Source: Crinalium sp. | GTDB taxonomy: Bacteria; Cyanobacteriota; Cyanobacteriia; Elainellales; Elainellaceae | NCBI GenBank assembly: GCA_036703095.1 | Contig: DATNPS010000014.1 | Coordinates: 3,822 to 67,821, forward strand | Direction of reading: 5' to 3' | DNA length: 64,000 nt | Shown: positions 38,101 through 53,100 of the stretch, piece after piece | How positions within the stretch are numbered: the first letter of the stretch is position 1 | Layout of the letters: every line of letters starts with the position of its first letter | Notes under the pieces: generated by a model | What the model saw: only the letters and a program-made list of their open reading frames with translations | Told to the model about the DNA's origin: nothing | Database searches by the model: none | Position numbers and translations under genes: made by a program

Positions 38101-41100
38101 CTAGATCCGCCTGTGGCTTGTCCCTGAGCATCAAAGCCACCCTTAATCGTCAGGTTGTTCTGAACATCCATCCGGCCCTCGTGGTAGACCCAACCTGCCG
38201 AACGCACGTTCAGGTTGGAGTTCTGACCAAAGACATTGATGTTGCCACGGATAATGATGTCATCTTGAGCGACCAGATCCAGCGTGGTGTTGTCGGCGAG
38301 ACTGGTCAGTGTGCCTGTTATCAACAGGCTGAACTGATCCTCATGGATGCGCTTCAGGTACTGGTCATTCCCCTTTGCATCGACAGGTAATTGGCTGAAG
38401 TAGCTGTCATAGTAGTGGTCGATCGGGGTGCCTGCGGACAACAGCATTTGATCGCTGGTCGTGACCGTCCCTTTAATCACCAGTTCACCCGGTGAAACGA
38501 TGCGGGCATCAGCTCCTTCGCCTGTCTTAATGGGTACAGGGGTGTCGCCAATGGTTTCAAAGCGTGCTCCGGCTGTAACGGCCCCACCCGCTTCAATGGT
38601 GACAATGCGACCTGCGGCAATATCAATTTGACCTTCATTAGAACGAGCCGCAATCACTCCGCCTTGCATGACGGTGAAGTTGGTTGTAGCAAAGAGGTTG
38701 ATGGTGGAATGGTCACCCAACGCCTCCACTAGACCCGCAATCTTGCTGTAGTCCGTGGTGCGAGAGTCGATCGAGCTACCCGGTTGCAGCGAGGTAATGT
38801 CGCTGCCAATGTCAGTAATCAGTTGATTGGCGCGAATCATGACGGTTTCCGCTCCACGCAACCAACCGCTGACGGTCATCTGCTCGGAGATCTCCATGCG
38901 CAGATTGCCCGCTGTAATCCCGGCTCCGGGTACGAGGAAATTATTCTGACGGAAAATCTGCGCGTTGCTGGCTTTAATCGTCAAATTTTCTCCAGGGGCC
39001 CGAGCATCACCGCGAACCTCTAGGCGATCGGTCAGCAGGAACGTTGTGTCACGGAATTCGGGTTGGAGGGCATTGGCAGGACGAGCACGAAGGACGCCAT
39101 CGGTGCCTCCCCGGACAATATCACCCTGGAAGATGTCGCCAATATCCATGAAGTTGCCCGCATCGCGACGACCGATGGTGACGGTGGAGAAGCCATCCGC
39201 CAGGGCCGCCAAATCTCGGTTGGACAACTCCATAGCAGGGCCATCATTGATACCCAGGTCGATCCAATCCTGACCCAAACGATTTTCGGCAGTGCTACCC
39301 AGACGATATAGTTCTGTGGTCTTATAAGCCTGGAGAACGAGATCGCCACTACCCGTAACATGGTTGATGCCACTGCGGAAGTCCATATCGTCCGCTGTCA
39401 GGGTGATATCGCCACCGAATTTCTCGTTTGACAGGAAGCCGCTGTCCAATCGCAACAGGGCATCCTCGCCCTTCATGGTGATGGTGATATCTCCATTACG
39501 AATGGCGATCGCATAGGGGTCATTACCATCCGTAATCAGGCTGCGCCAGTCAGTGCTAAGGTTCTGAATCCACTGCGTATTCGCCATCCATTTGGGCGTT
39601 TCGGCCAGGTTGGGTAGCGTCAAGCCAGAGTTGACAACAGGTGCGGTTTTCTCGATATTGGTCAGCGTCAGGCTGTCTTTCTCAACGATCACCAGATTAC
39701 CAGTGCCATGCTGAGATGTAGCAGCAGTAAGGGTTGCCACATCGGTCAGTAATGCAGCCGTAGACGTACCGAGGGCATTCTTCGCCTTCAGGATCAGATG
39801 GCTACCGCTACCCAGAATTTCGGACTGATTGGTGTTCACGACCGAACCGTCGGGCGTGACCAACCGGACAAACCCGCTTCCCTGTCCGTCTTCGCTATCT
39901 CCGGTAGATACCTTCAGATCCGCAGACAGCCAGATGCTCGACTTGTCGCCGTAGGTGCGCAGATCGATATAACCATCGCGAACTGCGTTCAGGGTTTGAT
40001 TGACGCGAATATCCTTAATCGTTTCAACGATGATGGCATCAGAGTTAATCTGGCTCTGGAGAGTCGCCTGATTAGCGACCACACGCACATCTGTGTTGGC
40101 ATTGCGCGTGATGTTGTTGAAGTCGGTGTTGGTAAGCGTAACGTTACCACCAAAGTCGAGGATATCGGTATTGTTCACCTGAGCGGCTCGACCGATGATC
40201 GTCAACCGATCCAATCCACTGGTGTAGTTAAGAATTTCGCGGCCATTCAGGAGTTGCCCCTGATTGAGAGCGATCGCACTCTGCATAAACTGCTCCGCAA
40301 TCACCTCATCAAAGGCTCCCCCCCGATCATCCAGGTTGATGATGCCCTGACCTACACCTTGAGCACGACCTAAGCGCATTCGATAGGAGTCGTTGCCCCC
40401 GATATCGTCGATGTAGATGGTGCGATCGCCAAAATCGGTGACATTCATCACGTCATCGCCAAGCCCCATCATGATGCGATTAAAGGTCTGGTTACCAACG
40501 ACTTCATTGCTAGCACCCTGGTTGATGGTAAATCCACGACGCGTCAGGGTGACATCAATGCGACGAGTCGCCTGACTGAAATCAAAGGCTTGAATACCCT
40601 TGCTGTCAATCAATCGATCCAGTCCAAAGTCATCGCCAAAGGCGTAGGTATCATCGCCCTCACCGCCTGCCAGATTATCAACCCCTCTACCCCCATCAAG
40701 GATGTCATTGCCCAGATCGCCTGTCAGGCGGTCATCATCATCCCCACCCCGGAGAATGTCATTAGCAATACTGCCGATCAGCTTGTCCTTACCGGAACCG
40801 CCAATCAGGGTTGCTCCCTTGAAGGCGTTGCGATATGACGCATACCGTGAGGCGGTGTCATCAAACAGCCAGGAGACAGACGCATCCATGACATCGTCAT
40901 CCGCGCCACCATCGGCAATACCGCCTCCTGCGCCTAACAGCAGGGTGTCTTTTCCTTCACCACCCGTCAGTTCAACACCAATGTCAAACAGGCGAGTTGC
41001 ATCAAAGGTGTCATCGCCAAGCCCACCATCGGCTACCACTTTGGTGACGCCCGTAAAGGTTTGATAATAGCCATCAAACTCCACGCTGACCGTATTGCCC

Positions 41101-44100
41101 TGGCCGTAGAAGGTGAAGGATTCACTCATATCCTTCAAGCCATCCTTGGTGCTGCTATAGCCCCGCAATCCAGCCCGACTACCGCTGTTGATGTACAGGA
41201 CACCGTCGATGATTTTACCCAGGTGAGGTTGTACCTGAGGTGCATCGTACTGGAACTCGTAGATCTTGAGATTATTCAGGACTTTCAAGTCCAGTAGTCT
41301 AATTTTCTTAACGAACAGGTTGGCATCCAGGAAGATATTGGCAGAGAGGCTGATATCACCGTGAATATTGGCTAGGTTCTTGATACCGCCAATGCTGCCA
41401 TCATCTTCAGGATCGTAAGTCCACATGGTGGCAATTTCAGACATGCGGATTTTGCCATCGCTTTCCCAGGTCTGATTGGTAACAAAGCCCAAACTATCCT
41501 TCGTCAAGGTGGACTTAGAAATATCTTGCAGGTCAATTCCCACACGAGCTGTAATACTGCCACCGAGTCCCGCTTCCAGAATGCCAAGTTGCAGGCTCGC
41601 TTCCAGGCCAATCGTGGCACTGAAACTAAATTCATCTTTTTCGTGAGGCTTCTCACCCTTGCGAGTCGGAATCGAGAAGTCCGTGAGAAAGAATCCATCA
41701 AAGGCATCCAGCGGATTGTGGGAGGTAATCGCTTTACGGATGCCGTAGGTGTCATAACCAAAGCCCAGGTCAGCAACGGCAGAGAAACCACCCTTCGCGT
41801 AAAGATTGAGGTTGATCGGAGGTGGCGTCCAGATGGGGACTGTTGCCAGCAGTTGGGTAAAGTCCTTACTGAACTCCAGCAGTGGCAATTCGTAGGTAAA
41901 CAGCGTGGCATCACCGCCTGTCAGCAGAGCTTTCCAGTTGGAAATGTCTTTGATGTACTCCAGAATTCGGAAGCCCGATCGCGGTGTTTTGGTGACGGCT
42001 GATGATTTACCGGGTGTTGCTCCGGGAACATCCTGCCGCGTGTTTTGGTTGAGGAAGTCTTGCAGTTCAGGCGCGATCGTTTGAGGAGCCGTAGTCGCCG
42101 TTGTCTGCACGTTGGCCGTACCCAAGCCCATAATGTCGCCCAGCGGCAACCAGTCACCTGCCTTCAACGAACCAAGTTTATCCACCAGCCCTAACATTTG
42201 TTTCGCTTCATCAATGAAGCTCCAATCGATAGGCTTCATTCCCTTCAGCAGCAGGATTTGATTGATTAATCCCTTGAGGGTGGGGTCGGAAGGAATAATT
42301 TTCTTGAGTCCACCGATTGGCTCAGAGAGCTTATCGATCATCGGTCGCATGGGTTCCAGCGCATCCGCGATCTCCCGTGCAATAGGCGTCATGAAGTCGC
42401 TAATAAAGCTGCCCATGTCAATCCGCATATCGCGCAGACCGAAGCTGGGAGCCGCCATCTTCTGACCCAACTGCCATTTCCAGTCAAATTCCAGATCGGC
42501 CCCAAGGCGAGGGAGTCCTTTTGGCCCTTCCAGTTCAAGCGTGACGCCTAAGTCGAGTTTGGTGTCTACGCCAAACTGGATGGCAAACACATCTTTGGCA
42601 CTACCAGAGAACAGCTTGCCGAGTGGCAAACGACCGCGAGCATCACCCTTGAGGTCAACGGATAGACCACCGTAGATACCGCTAGCTCTGCCGTTGGGGT
42701 TGTTGTCTTGCAGATGAGCTTTGAAGAATAGCAGCTTACCATCCGCATTAAACGGTGTAATAACATCAGGATTAGTTGGGCTGCCGTCCAGATAAGCGCT
42801 GATGCCCAATTCGATTTCAGGGGTACCGTTCTTATTGGTAGATAGGTAGAAGCTATCTTGCAAGCTCAACCCAAAACCAAAGTCGAATTTCCAACCGATA
42901 TCTAGCCCAAAGCCACCATTCACATCCAGGCTGAAGCCAGGGAGGCTAAAGTCAAGGGGCAGGTCAATACCAGTACCGACTAGACGCCCCCCCAAATCCA
43001 TGTCGAATTGAATAGCATCGGCTCCAGTGGGTAAGGCTCCACCTAACACCCAGGGTTGCATCAGGTTACCCAGCTTGTCGTACCAGCCGATCTGCACGTC
43101 ATCAATAGTGATGCGGCTGTCGTGGTTCAGGTCAAGGATGAGATTGAGCTTATCGGGGCCAAGAACGTTGTATAGGGTTTCACGCAGGAATTCGATCGCC
43201 TTGCCATTGCCACTTAATTTCTGACGCAGATCAGACAAAATGCCCTGCCGCATGTCGCGCAGGAAGGATGCCGCATCGCCTAACTTACTGCCAATCAGAG
43301 GAATGTCTTGTGCCAGGTTAGAATCCAACACTTCCTGGAGAGTGCCAACGGAAGCATCAATGCTGTCCAGAATGAAAGAGGGATCATTGATTAACGACAG
43401 CAAGGAGAACTGACCACCCAGCAGATCAAACTTGCCCCGAATGTCGGGAAATTGCATTTCTAGCGGTTGGGCAGCACCCTTGTCTGGTGAATTCGCCAGA
43501 TGTTTGAATAGTTGCACCAACCCCTGATCGCCGTACACGGGATTGGTTTTCACCTGGATGGCTTCCATGTCGAAGTCCATCCCTCCAATTTCCAGCCGTA
43601 CTGGCAGATTGATGTCAAAACCACCCGTTAGCTTGGCACTGAAATTGTCTGAGAAAGATTCCTTGCCAATGTAAAATCGTCCATCATCAGGAGTTGTGCC
43701 CGCTTTCTGGTCGATCGCCACCAATAGACCAGCATAATCCTTCGTGTCTGCTCTACCATCCGCATCCAGAACTACCGTTCCCCGGTTGATTCCGATATTG
43801 ATCGGGCCTGCCTTAAAGTTCAGATCCATATCAGTTCCTACTAAACGGGCACCCAATTGGGCATGGGTACCCGTCTGAGTCGCTGCATCGTAATCGCGCA
43901 GGAAGATCTTCGGATCGCCCTGGAGCAAGCTATTCATATCGATGCCAATGTCGAAGTTGAGCTTGGCGATCGCCTCCAACGTCAAATTTGCTCCTCCTTG
44001 CAGATCGATCAGCGCATCGATCGCATCCAGCGCCACAGCACCCGCATTGCCAGACAGTTGCTTCAGGCTATCCAGGTCAAGGTTAAAGTCAAATTTGTCA

Positions 44101-47100
44101 GAGAATAGCGCCTGCCAACCCAGGTGCATATTCAGCGAGCCATTGCTGAGGTACAGTGAAAACTTCTGCTGATCAACGGGCAGCGTGTTGTTGTCCTCAA
44201 GCCCCAAAGCCCGCTCAATGGTAAATTCCACTTCTTGAATCATGCCAGCAGGATTTTGGGCGGCGACCTGTAGTTTGTTGGTCAGATCATCCAGGAAGTT
44301 GAAGGTGTCACTCAGAGAGCGGTTAATGATGGGAATAGACGCGTTGTAGAACGGCTGATCAGCCAGGGATTCGCGAACCAGGTCAATGCCTGCCTCGACC
44401 CCCTGAAGCACCATGTCAAAACTGAGGTTCTTGAGGCTGAACAGGTCGTTCATATCGGGAACCACGAGGATCGCCCCTTCATTGCGAACCTGTCCACTGG
44501 CGATCGCTGTCTGCAAGTCAAATGCCGTCGTCACAGGTTGCTTCACGGTCTGCAATCCCTTGTTGAAGCTCATCAGCGATGGCACATAGACAGACAGTTC
44601 TGCATTGGGTGCAATGTTGATATTGCCAAAGCCACCATTAACCGACAGCCCCTTCAGTTTGGCGTAAGCATCGCCATCGAGTTTGAAGTAGAAGGAGTTG
44701 AATAGCTCACCGCTCAAGAGGTCGTTAAAGCTAAAGCGGCGATCGCCCGGAGTCACCGTATTTGGATCGCGATCCAATCCGGTAGAAATCGATGCAGCCA
44801 TCCGCACCCCGGAACCCGTTCCCGTTCCACCAGCGGTCAGCCCCAGGAAGCCCAACGTTGCGGCGACTTGCAGATCGGTGACTTCCAGGCTGGCCTCACC
44901 TTTTAGCTCCACATTATCAACGTAGAGATTAATGCCTTCCTTGCCTGTGGGGCCGTCAAAGTCGATGACAAAATCAGCCCGTCCATTCACCCCAGCCTTC
45001 ACAGCCGTCTTGGCATTGGTAGACAGAGAAATGACGCCACCCAAATCCATCCCTAAATCAATCGGGGTATCCGTTAGCAGCGGCAATTCCTTCGTGAAGC
45101 TGAAGGGAATGACCATCTCATTTGCGATCGGGTCATAGGTGAGGGAGACACCATCTGGCAAAATGCCAGAACGGTTAATGGCTGGAATTAATTCCTGGAA
45201 GGTGCGCAGCAATTGGAGACGTTCATGCACTACAAAGGGTGTATTCGTCATGCTCAGACCGCTTGCACCGTCAATCACCAGCGCATTATTTTCAACAGCA
45301 CTGATGCGGAACGTTTGATCGTCGAGGGTGATGTACTTACCAACGAAATTGCTGCCAAAAGTAACGCCCGTGGCTGTGATGCGGCCATTCGCTAACGACG
45401 CACCGACTCCATTTAGCAAATCGATTCTGGGTTTGTAGAAGTCAATCTTTGAGAGGACATTCTTGTTAATAGCAGTACCGAAGTCGAGCACGCTGCCCAG
45501 CAACAGATCCACAAAGGGGATCTCTTTTTGCATGAACTCATAGTCGCGATACTCTTCCGCCCACTTCACCATGTCCTGGAACATGGACAGCACATCGCCC
45601 ACACCAAAGTTGCGGAAGTTCACCAACTTGTCAAAATTCTCAGTGCGGAAATCTAACCCACTACCACCAAAAAGTTGACCCTTGATAAACGCCTTGGGCG
45701 TTGCCCCTGCCGATAAATCATTACCTGCTAAGGTTGCATAGACAGGCAGTGTAACGTCAATGAGATTGTCATTAGCAGTTACTTTAAATGCACCATCGAC
45801 GTAGGAAATGGCACCCCCTAAGCTAATCGTGGCTTGCCCTTTCTCCTTGTTGGGGTCAGTGGAACCAATGCTGAGTCCGAGTGGCCCGAAGTATGCACCC
45901 AATACCACATCGTTTGCAGACGCCGCAGCTTTAAAGGACAACCGATTCAGATCGAAGTTGGCCGTGAATGTCTTCCAGTCAAAGCTGAGGTCAAAGTCAA
46001 TCCCTAAATCAACGCCGACTCCGATTTTAGCCGCGCCCTCAAATTCCAAACCAAAGGCGCTAGCTTTGTCGTCTAGAGCAATGCCAATGGTGCGCTCGAA
46101 ATGTGTATCGGCGGCGTAAGTGAGGGAGAATCCACTATCCCCAATAATGAAATCCAGTCCCTTCGCCACGGATAGGGTAGAGAGCCAATCGGTTCGCAGG
46201 TAGCCGATCATGCCTCGCAGGGTGAGGTGCTCATCCTGCGGTACCTGGGAGTCCAGATATTCCTTGACGGAGTTGCCTAACTCCAGGTATTTGCTCAGTT
46301 CCAGAATGCCGTCAATGGTAGTGTCGGTGCCCAGCAGCGGTTGGTTCAGAATGCTATCGGAAATCAGATTGCCGTTCTCATCAACTTCAGGCAGCAGTTT
46401 CTTCTGAAGCTCAGTCAGGTCTGCCGCACTGGATCGCAATGCTCGGATGATATCTTCGGTGAGTACCAGATCCAGATTGTTGGCATTAAGGCGGCTGTAA
46501 TCGCTGGCGCTAATCAAGTCAATTGTGGTGGTCTGGTTGTTGATGGCGATCGCCTCATTCACCACTTTCCCAGACTTGTTAACTTCTACACCCAAGTCGC
46601 CCGTGAAGATCAGATCCTCGTTATCACCCACTTGTAAGGTGGCAGTGCCAGAGCCTTGCAGTGCATAACCGCCACCCTTGTACATCACTAGACCCAGACT
46701 GCCATTGCTTAACCCACCGGATAACCCGCCAGTGAGATTAACATTGGCGCTAATGTTGCGACCTGCGCCCAGAATAGCCCCATCCGACTCGCGAATCTGA
46801 AAACCGAGATCGACACTGAGCGTCACCAAGTCTGCAATTCCTAGCTGTAGACCCGTACCGACGATCTGGTTAGCACCTGCTGCAACAGTTGTGCCTCCCA
46901 ATGCCAGAGCTGTACCTGTCTTATTCGCCTGAGCCGAAACATGGCCTTGAAGGGTTAGCCCACTAATTCCAACTAGAGCAACGTCACCAGACAGGTTATA
47001 GGCATAGGCGCTCTTACCCGTAGCATCCTTCCGCAGTTGCACGACTGCGTCAACATTGCTAATGGACAGTCCCACATCATCCGTCAGGATAGTGGTGCTG

Positions 47101-50100
47101 GCTCCCACACCCACGAAAGCGCTGGCATCCGTTGCACCGATTTCAACAATCTGCTGACCGTTCTGATTAAAGACATTAAAGTCAAAATTGCCCTTGAAGC
47201 GAGCATAGTCAGATACGGCTAGCTCCAACTCATCCAAATGAACACTGACATTGTTCTGATTACCGTTGGCGCTCACCTGTCCAGAGAAATTGAACAAATC
47301 AATCCCTACAAGAGCCGCATTGGCATGATCAATGGTGTATTCATACGTATTGTCAGGATTCAGCGTCAGGGTGAATGCAGCATCACTGAGATTCATGCCA
47401 ACATCATCTGCGGTGTCAGTTGTGCTGGCTCCCACACCGATAAAGGCAGAAACACTGGTCCCACCCAATTGAATGGTGGTCTGACCATTAGTGGTCGTAG
47501 TTTGGAATGTGAGATCACCGCTGAGTCTGGCATAATCTGCTAGCTGTAGTTCCAAGCCATTCAGGGCAACGTTAATTTGATCCTGATCACCATCCGCATT
47601 AACAGTGCCAGAGAATTGGAAGAGATCAATCCCCTTCAAGGCCACTTCTGCATTGCGAATCTGGTAGGTATAGTCGCTGCTGCCGTTGTAGGTGAGGTTA
47701 ATATCTGCATTGCTCAAACCCAAACCGCGATCGTCCGACTCATCATCCGTGCTGGCTCCTGCCCCCACAAAGGCAGACGCCTGAGTTGCATTCAGTTGAA
47801 TGGTTGTGTTACCTGCCATTCCCGATTCCACTGAGAAATCAAAGTTGCCCGTGAGCCTAGCGGAACTGCCAATTCCCAGCTTCATGTCCTGCAATTGCAG
47901 TTTGATGCTGTCTTTGTCGCCGTAAGCATTCACCTGACCGGAGAAGTTCAGCAGATCCAACCCGACCAGAGCCGCATTACCGTTCTCTAACGCATACTGA
48001 TAGCTACCATCCGTTCCCTTCTTGAAATGGAATTGGGCGTCCGTGAGTCTCGCGCCAATCTCATTGGGAGTGTCTTTGTTGATTCCAACAAAGGCCGCCA
48101 TCTGGTTGGCATCAATGGTTAGATCTCGTTGCCCATTAGCGGCCAGTTCACCAATGGTGACGGCAAAGTTGCCAGAAATATCCAGCACGCTACCCGCTTT
48201 CAATTGGGCGTTGCCTTCCACACGAGTCAGAGTTGATTCATCTTGTGTAAAGGCAACCGTGACGGATTCGTTATTACCGAGGGCGATCGCCTGATTCACC
48301 GCGCTACCCATCCGGTTAATTCGCGCCTTCATCGTGCCATCTAACGAGAAGCCGGGAATACCTGCCAATGCAGCCGTGCCGCTGGCTTCTAGTGCATATT
48401 GGACAGCGGTATTCCCGCTCTTCTGCATGACCAGACCGAGTTTGCCATTGGTTAGCTTAACGCCCAATTCTGTGGGCGTCTGGTAGCCGGAACCCATAAA
48501 GGCTGAGACGTTCGTTGCACCGATTAAGAATTGGGTGCGATCGCCTGTTGCATCTACAATCTGCTTCTGCTCAAAGAAGAACTCACCGCTAGCCGTCGCA
48601 ACGTTGGCGATGTTCAGATTCGCTGTTCCACTCAAACGAGTTAGGTGCCCTTCAGTGGCACTGAACTGAATGGGAACGGATTGCCCACTGGAGAGGGCGA
48701 TCGTTTCATTCACTGCTTGTTCTGTCCGGTTGACGGAAAGGGACAGATTATTCGCGGTCAATTGCACATCAGCAGAGCCACTCAACAATGCAGCAGAGCC
48801 ATTCGCCTGCAATGCATAGGTGCTGGCAGTTCCATTCGCGCCCTGATACAGCACCATCCCCAGATTCACATTGCTGAGGCTCACCCCGATCGCCTCACGG
48901 GTGTCATACCCAGTACCGACAAAAGCTCCAACTCCTGTTGCTCCCAGGCTGAGCTTGCTATCGTTCGCTTCATAGCGCAATGCAGTTCCGGCCAGAGTAA
49001 TGTTATCTCCCAAGCCCAGTGCAAAGTTACCCAGAGTCACTAAAGTGCTAGCCTGATTGCCACTCGCGGTAAGAGAGTCTACCGTTAAAGTGACATCGCT
49101 CAATCCACGCATTTGCACGCGGTTGGCAGCTAGGTTGTAGTTGTATGTGCGGTCAGGGGCGATCGCGATCGCTACATTGGCACCATCAATCCCAAAGCCC
49201 ACATCATCACTACTGCTGACGGTATCCGCTCCCTTACCGATGAGGGCAGATAGATTCGTGGCTGAGAAGTCTATCGTCTTACCGCTAGCGGTTTGTTGAG
49301 AAACAAAGTCGAGGGTTTCACCCGTTAGAGAAACTAGACCCCCTATACCCAGAGCATAGTTGTTAAGAGAAACGGTGCTGGTGGTGCGATCGCCCCTAGC
49401 ACTAACGGTTGCAGCAGAAAGAGTTAATCCCGGAATGCCAGCAATCGCAGCTTGAGCATTATCTAGCGCATAGCGATAGCTCTGATCTGCGTTTAGTGCA
49501 ACTTCTAAGCTGGCATTGCTAACCGACAGACCAACATCATCAGTGGTCGTAGCTGTATCTGCACCGTAACCAACTAGAGCAGCAATATTGCTGCCACTGA
49601 ACTTGATGTCCTTACCACTTGCGGTTTGTTGAGCGGAGAAGTTAAGGGCATTGCCACTGAGACGAGCAACACCACCTACACCAAACTCAAAACTACCCAG
49701 CGTTACGTTGGTGCTGGTTTGATCACCGGTTGCAGTGATATTGCTAGCATTGAGAATTAAGCCAGATACTCCAAGCACCGAAGTATTGGCATTGCTCAAG
49801 TTGTAGTTGTAGGTCTTGTCTGCGCTCAGGTTAACACTCAAAGTTGCATTGCTGACCGACAAACCAACATCATCAGTAGTTGTTGCTGTATCTGCACCAT
49901 AACCAACTAGAGCAGCAATATTGCTGCCACTGAACTTGATGTCTTTACCACTTGCAGTTTGCTGAGCCGTGAAGTTGAGAGTATTACCACTCAACCGAGC
50001 AATTCCACCAACTCCAAACTCAAAGCTAGCCAATGCGACATTCGTACTGGTTTGATTGCCTGTTGCGGTGACGTTAGTCGCATTTAGAGTAAGCCCAGAA

Positions 50101-53100
50101 ACTCCCAGAACGGAGGCATTCGCATTGATCAAGCTATAGTCATAGCTCTTGTCTGCGTTCAGATTGACACTCAAATTAGCACTGTTGATGGACAGACCAA
50201 CATCATCCGTCGTTGTTGTTGTGTCAGCCCCATAACCAACCAGAGCCGCAATATTGCTACCATTGAATTTGATGTCCTTACCGCTTGCTGTTTGCTGAGC
50301 CGTGAAGTTAAGAGCGCTACCACTAAGGCGGGCAACACTTCCTACTCCGAACTCAAAGCTACCCAAAGTAACATTGGTGCTGGTTTGATTCCCGGTTGCT
50401 GTGATGTTAGTCGCATTCAGGGTTAAACCAGTAACTCCTAAAACGGCAGCATTAGCATTGCTTAAGCTATAGGCATAACTTTGATCAGCATTCAGTATGA
50501 CGCTCAGATTAGCGCTACTGATAGACAAACCGACATCATCACTAGTCGTTGTGGTATCAGCGCCATAGCCAATTAATGCAGCAATATTGCTACCACCGAA
50601 CTTGATATCTTTGCCACTTACCGTTTGCTGAGCCGAGAAGTTAAGCATATTGCCGCTCAATCGTGCAACTCCACCGACTCCAAGTTCAAAACTACCTAAT
50701 ACAACATTGGTACTCGTTTGATTTCCAGTTGCTGTAATACCCGTTGCATTTAGGGTTAAACCAGGAACGCCCAGAATGGCAGCATTCGCATTACTCAAGC
50801 TGTAGGTATAGCTTTGGTCAGCATTCAGCGCAACATTCAGATTTGCACTGTTGATAGACAAACCAACATCGTCACTGGTTGTTGTCGTGTCAGCACCATA
50901 ACCAATTAAGGCAGCAATATTATTGCCACTGAATTTGATGTCTTTACCGCTTGCGATTTGCTGAGCCGAGAAGTTGAGAGCACTGCCACTCAATCGGGCA
51001 ATTCCACCGACTCCAACCTCAAAGTTACCTAATACCACATTGGTACTGGTTTGCGTTCCTACCGCTGTGATATTGCTGGCATTTAAGGTTAAACCAGGAA
51101 CACTGAGGATTGCAGCATTCGCATTGTTCAAGCTGTAGGCATAGCTTTGATCAGCATTCAGCGTAACGTTTAGGTCAGCACTATTGATGGACAGACCTAC
51201 ATCATCTGTAGTGGTAGCGGTATCCGCTCCATATCCAATGAGGGCAGCAATGTTACTACCACTAAACTGAATATTTTTACCGCTAGCAGTAGTTTGGGCA
51301 GAGAAATTGAGGGCATTACCACTGAGCCGTGCAATTCCACCTGTACCAAATTCAAAGTTACCCAAGGCAACACTGGTACTGGTTTGATTTCCGGTTGCTG
51401 TGATATTGGATGCGTTCAGAGTCAGACCATTAATGCCCAACAGCCCTGCACTGCTGGCAGTGACGTTGTAGGTGTATTTGCCCTGGTTATCGAGGGCGAT
51501 CGCGACATTTGCACCCTGAACGCTTAAGCCGCGATCGTCGCTGGTGTCTGTGGTACTGGCTCCATAGCCAACAAGGGCAGAGGCATTGGTGGTGGAGAAG
51601 GTAAAGTTACCGTTTTGAGAGTAGAACGAAAGGGCACTGCCTTCTAAACGGGTTAAATCCGCTAACCCAAGGGCAAAGGCTCCTGTAGTGACAGAAAGAT
51701 TATCTTGAGTGCCGTCGATATTGACTTGATCAGCGCTGATAGTCAGTCCGTTTAATCCCCGTGTGGCGATCGCCCCATTACGGAAACTATAGCTATAGGT
51801 TTTATCTGGATTGAAAGTCAGATCTAAATTCGCATTACTGATGAACAACCCATGATCATCTGAGATATCTGGTGTATCAGCACCATAGCCAACGAATGCC
51901 GAAAGCTGTTGGCCGCTGAAATGAATGGATTTTGCACTGCCAACTGGTTCAACATTGAACTGTACATTGCCACTGCTAAGACTTAATAAGCCACCCAGAC
52001 CGAGGGTGGCATCCGCCAAACTGAGGCTGAACTGATTCGTGGTGTTATTGCCACTGGCTTGTATCGAACTAGCGGATAGGGTCAGCCCATTAAATCCAAC
52101 TGCGGCAAAATCAGCGTTGTTCAGCAGATAGTTGTAGGAGGAATCTGCATTGAGGGCCAGGTTAAAGTCAGCGTTGCTGAGGCTAAAGCCCTGGTCATCG
52201 CTTGTAGTGGCTGTATCTCCTCCAATCCCTACAAAGCTAGAAATGTTATTTCCTGTAACTTGAGTATTGCCATTACCGTCATTCTCAAAGCTGAAGTCGC
52301 CAGAGAGTTTAACCGCACCTGCAAGGTTGAGTTCAGCAGCACCGCTGATCCGAGTTACATTGTCGGGCGTGGTGAATTGTAGGGCGATCGCCCCACCTGG
52401 GGTGGTAATCGTCTCATCGATCACCTGACCTGTGCGGTTAACTTGCACATCCAGATTGCCACTCACTTCTACTCCGGTTACGCCCGTCAGTTCAGCCGCA
52501 CCTTCACCACTGAGGGCATAGGTCATGGCCTGCTGTTCGTTCAGCGGTTTCGTATAGTCAATAGTTTTGTAGAGCGCTAATCCTAGATGGGTGTCTGTTA
52601 ACTTAACGCCTGTTTCCTGGGCTGTACCATAGTCAGAACCAACGAAGGCATAGCCATTTGTGATACCTGCTAGCAGTTTGGTCGCTTCCTTTTGTTGCTC
52701 GTCGTAAGTCATGGCAACGTCGCGGAAGCTAACCCGCCGACCTGCGGTAACTGCCGTTGCGGTTGCTAATGAATCAAGACGAGAGGTTGTAGTTCCTGCT
52801 GTGAGGGTAACCGTAATTCCCAGATCGCGACTGAGACGTTCCTGTAAGGCGACTGTCGTATCCCGACGCTGTTGGGCCAAGTCGTTGGCCGTGGAAAAGT
52901 CTACTCCACTGCGGACAAATTGATGATTGCCTGTTCCTCCTGCGGAAGTGAGGTCAATTGCCTGTCCGTTTGGCGTTGCTGAGAGCTGAAGTGATGTTCC
53001 TTGATTGCTAATGACATAATAGGTTGCTCCATCCACTAAACCACCGATCGCCGCTGTGCCATTGGTGCGGTACTGCACGGCTTCCCCGACCTTTAAATCA

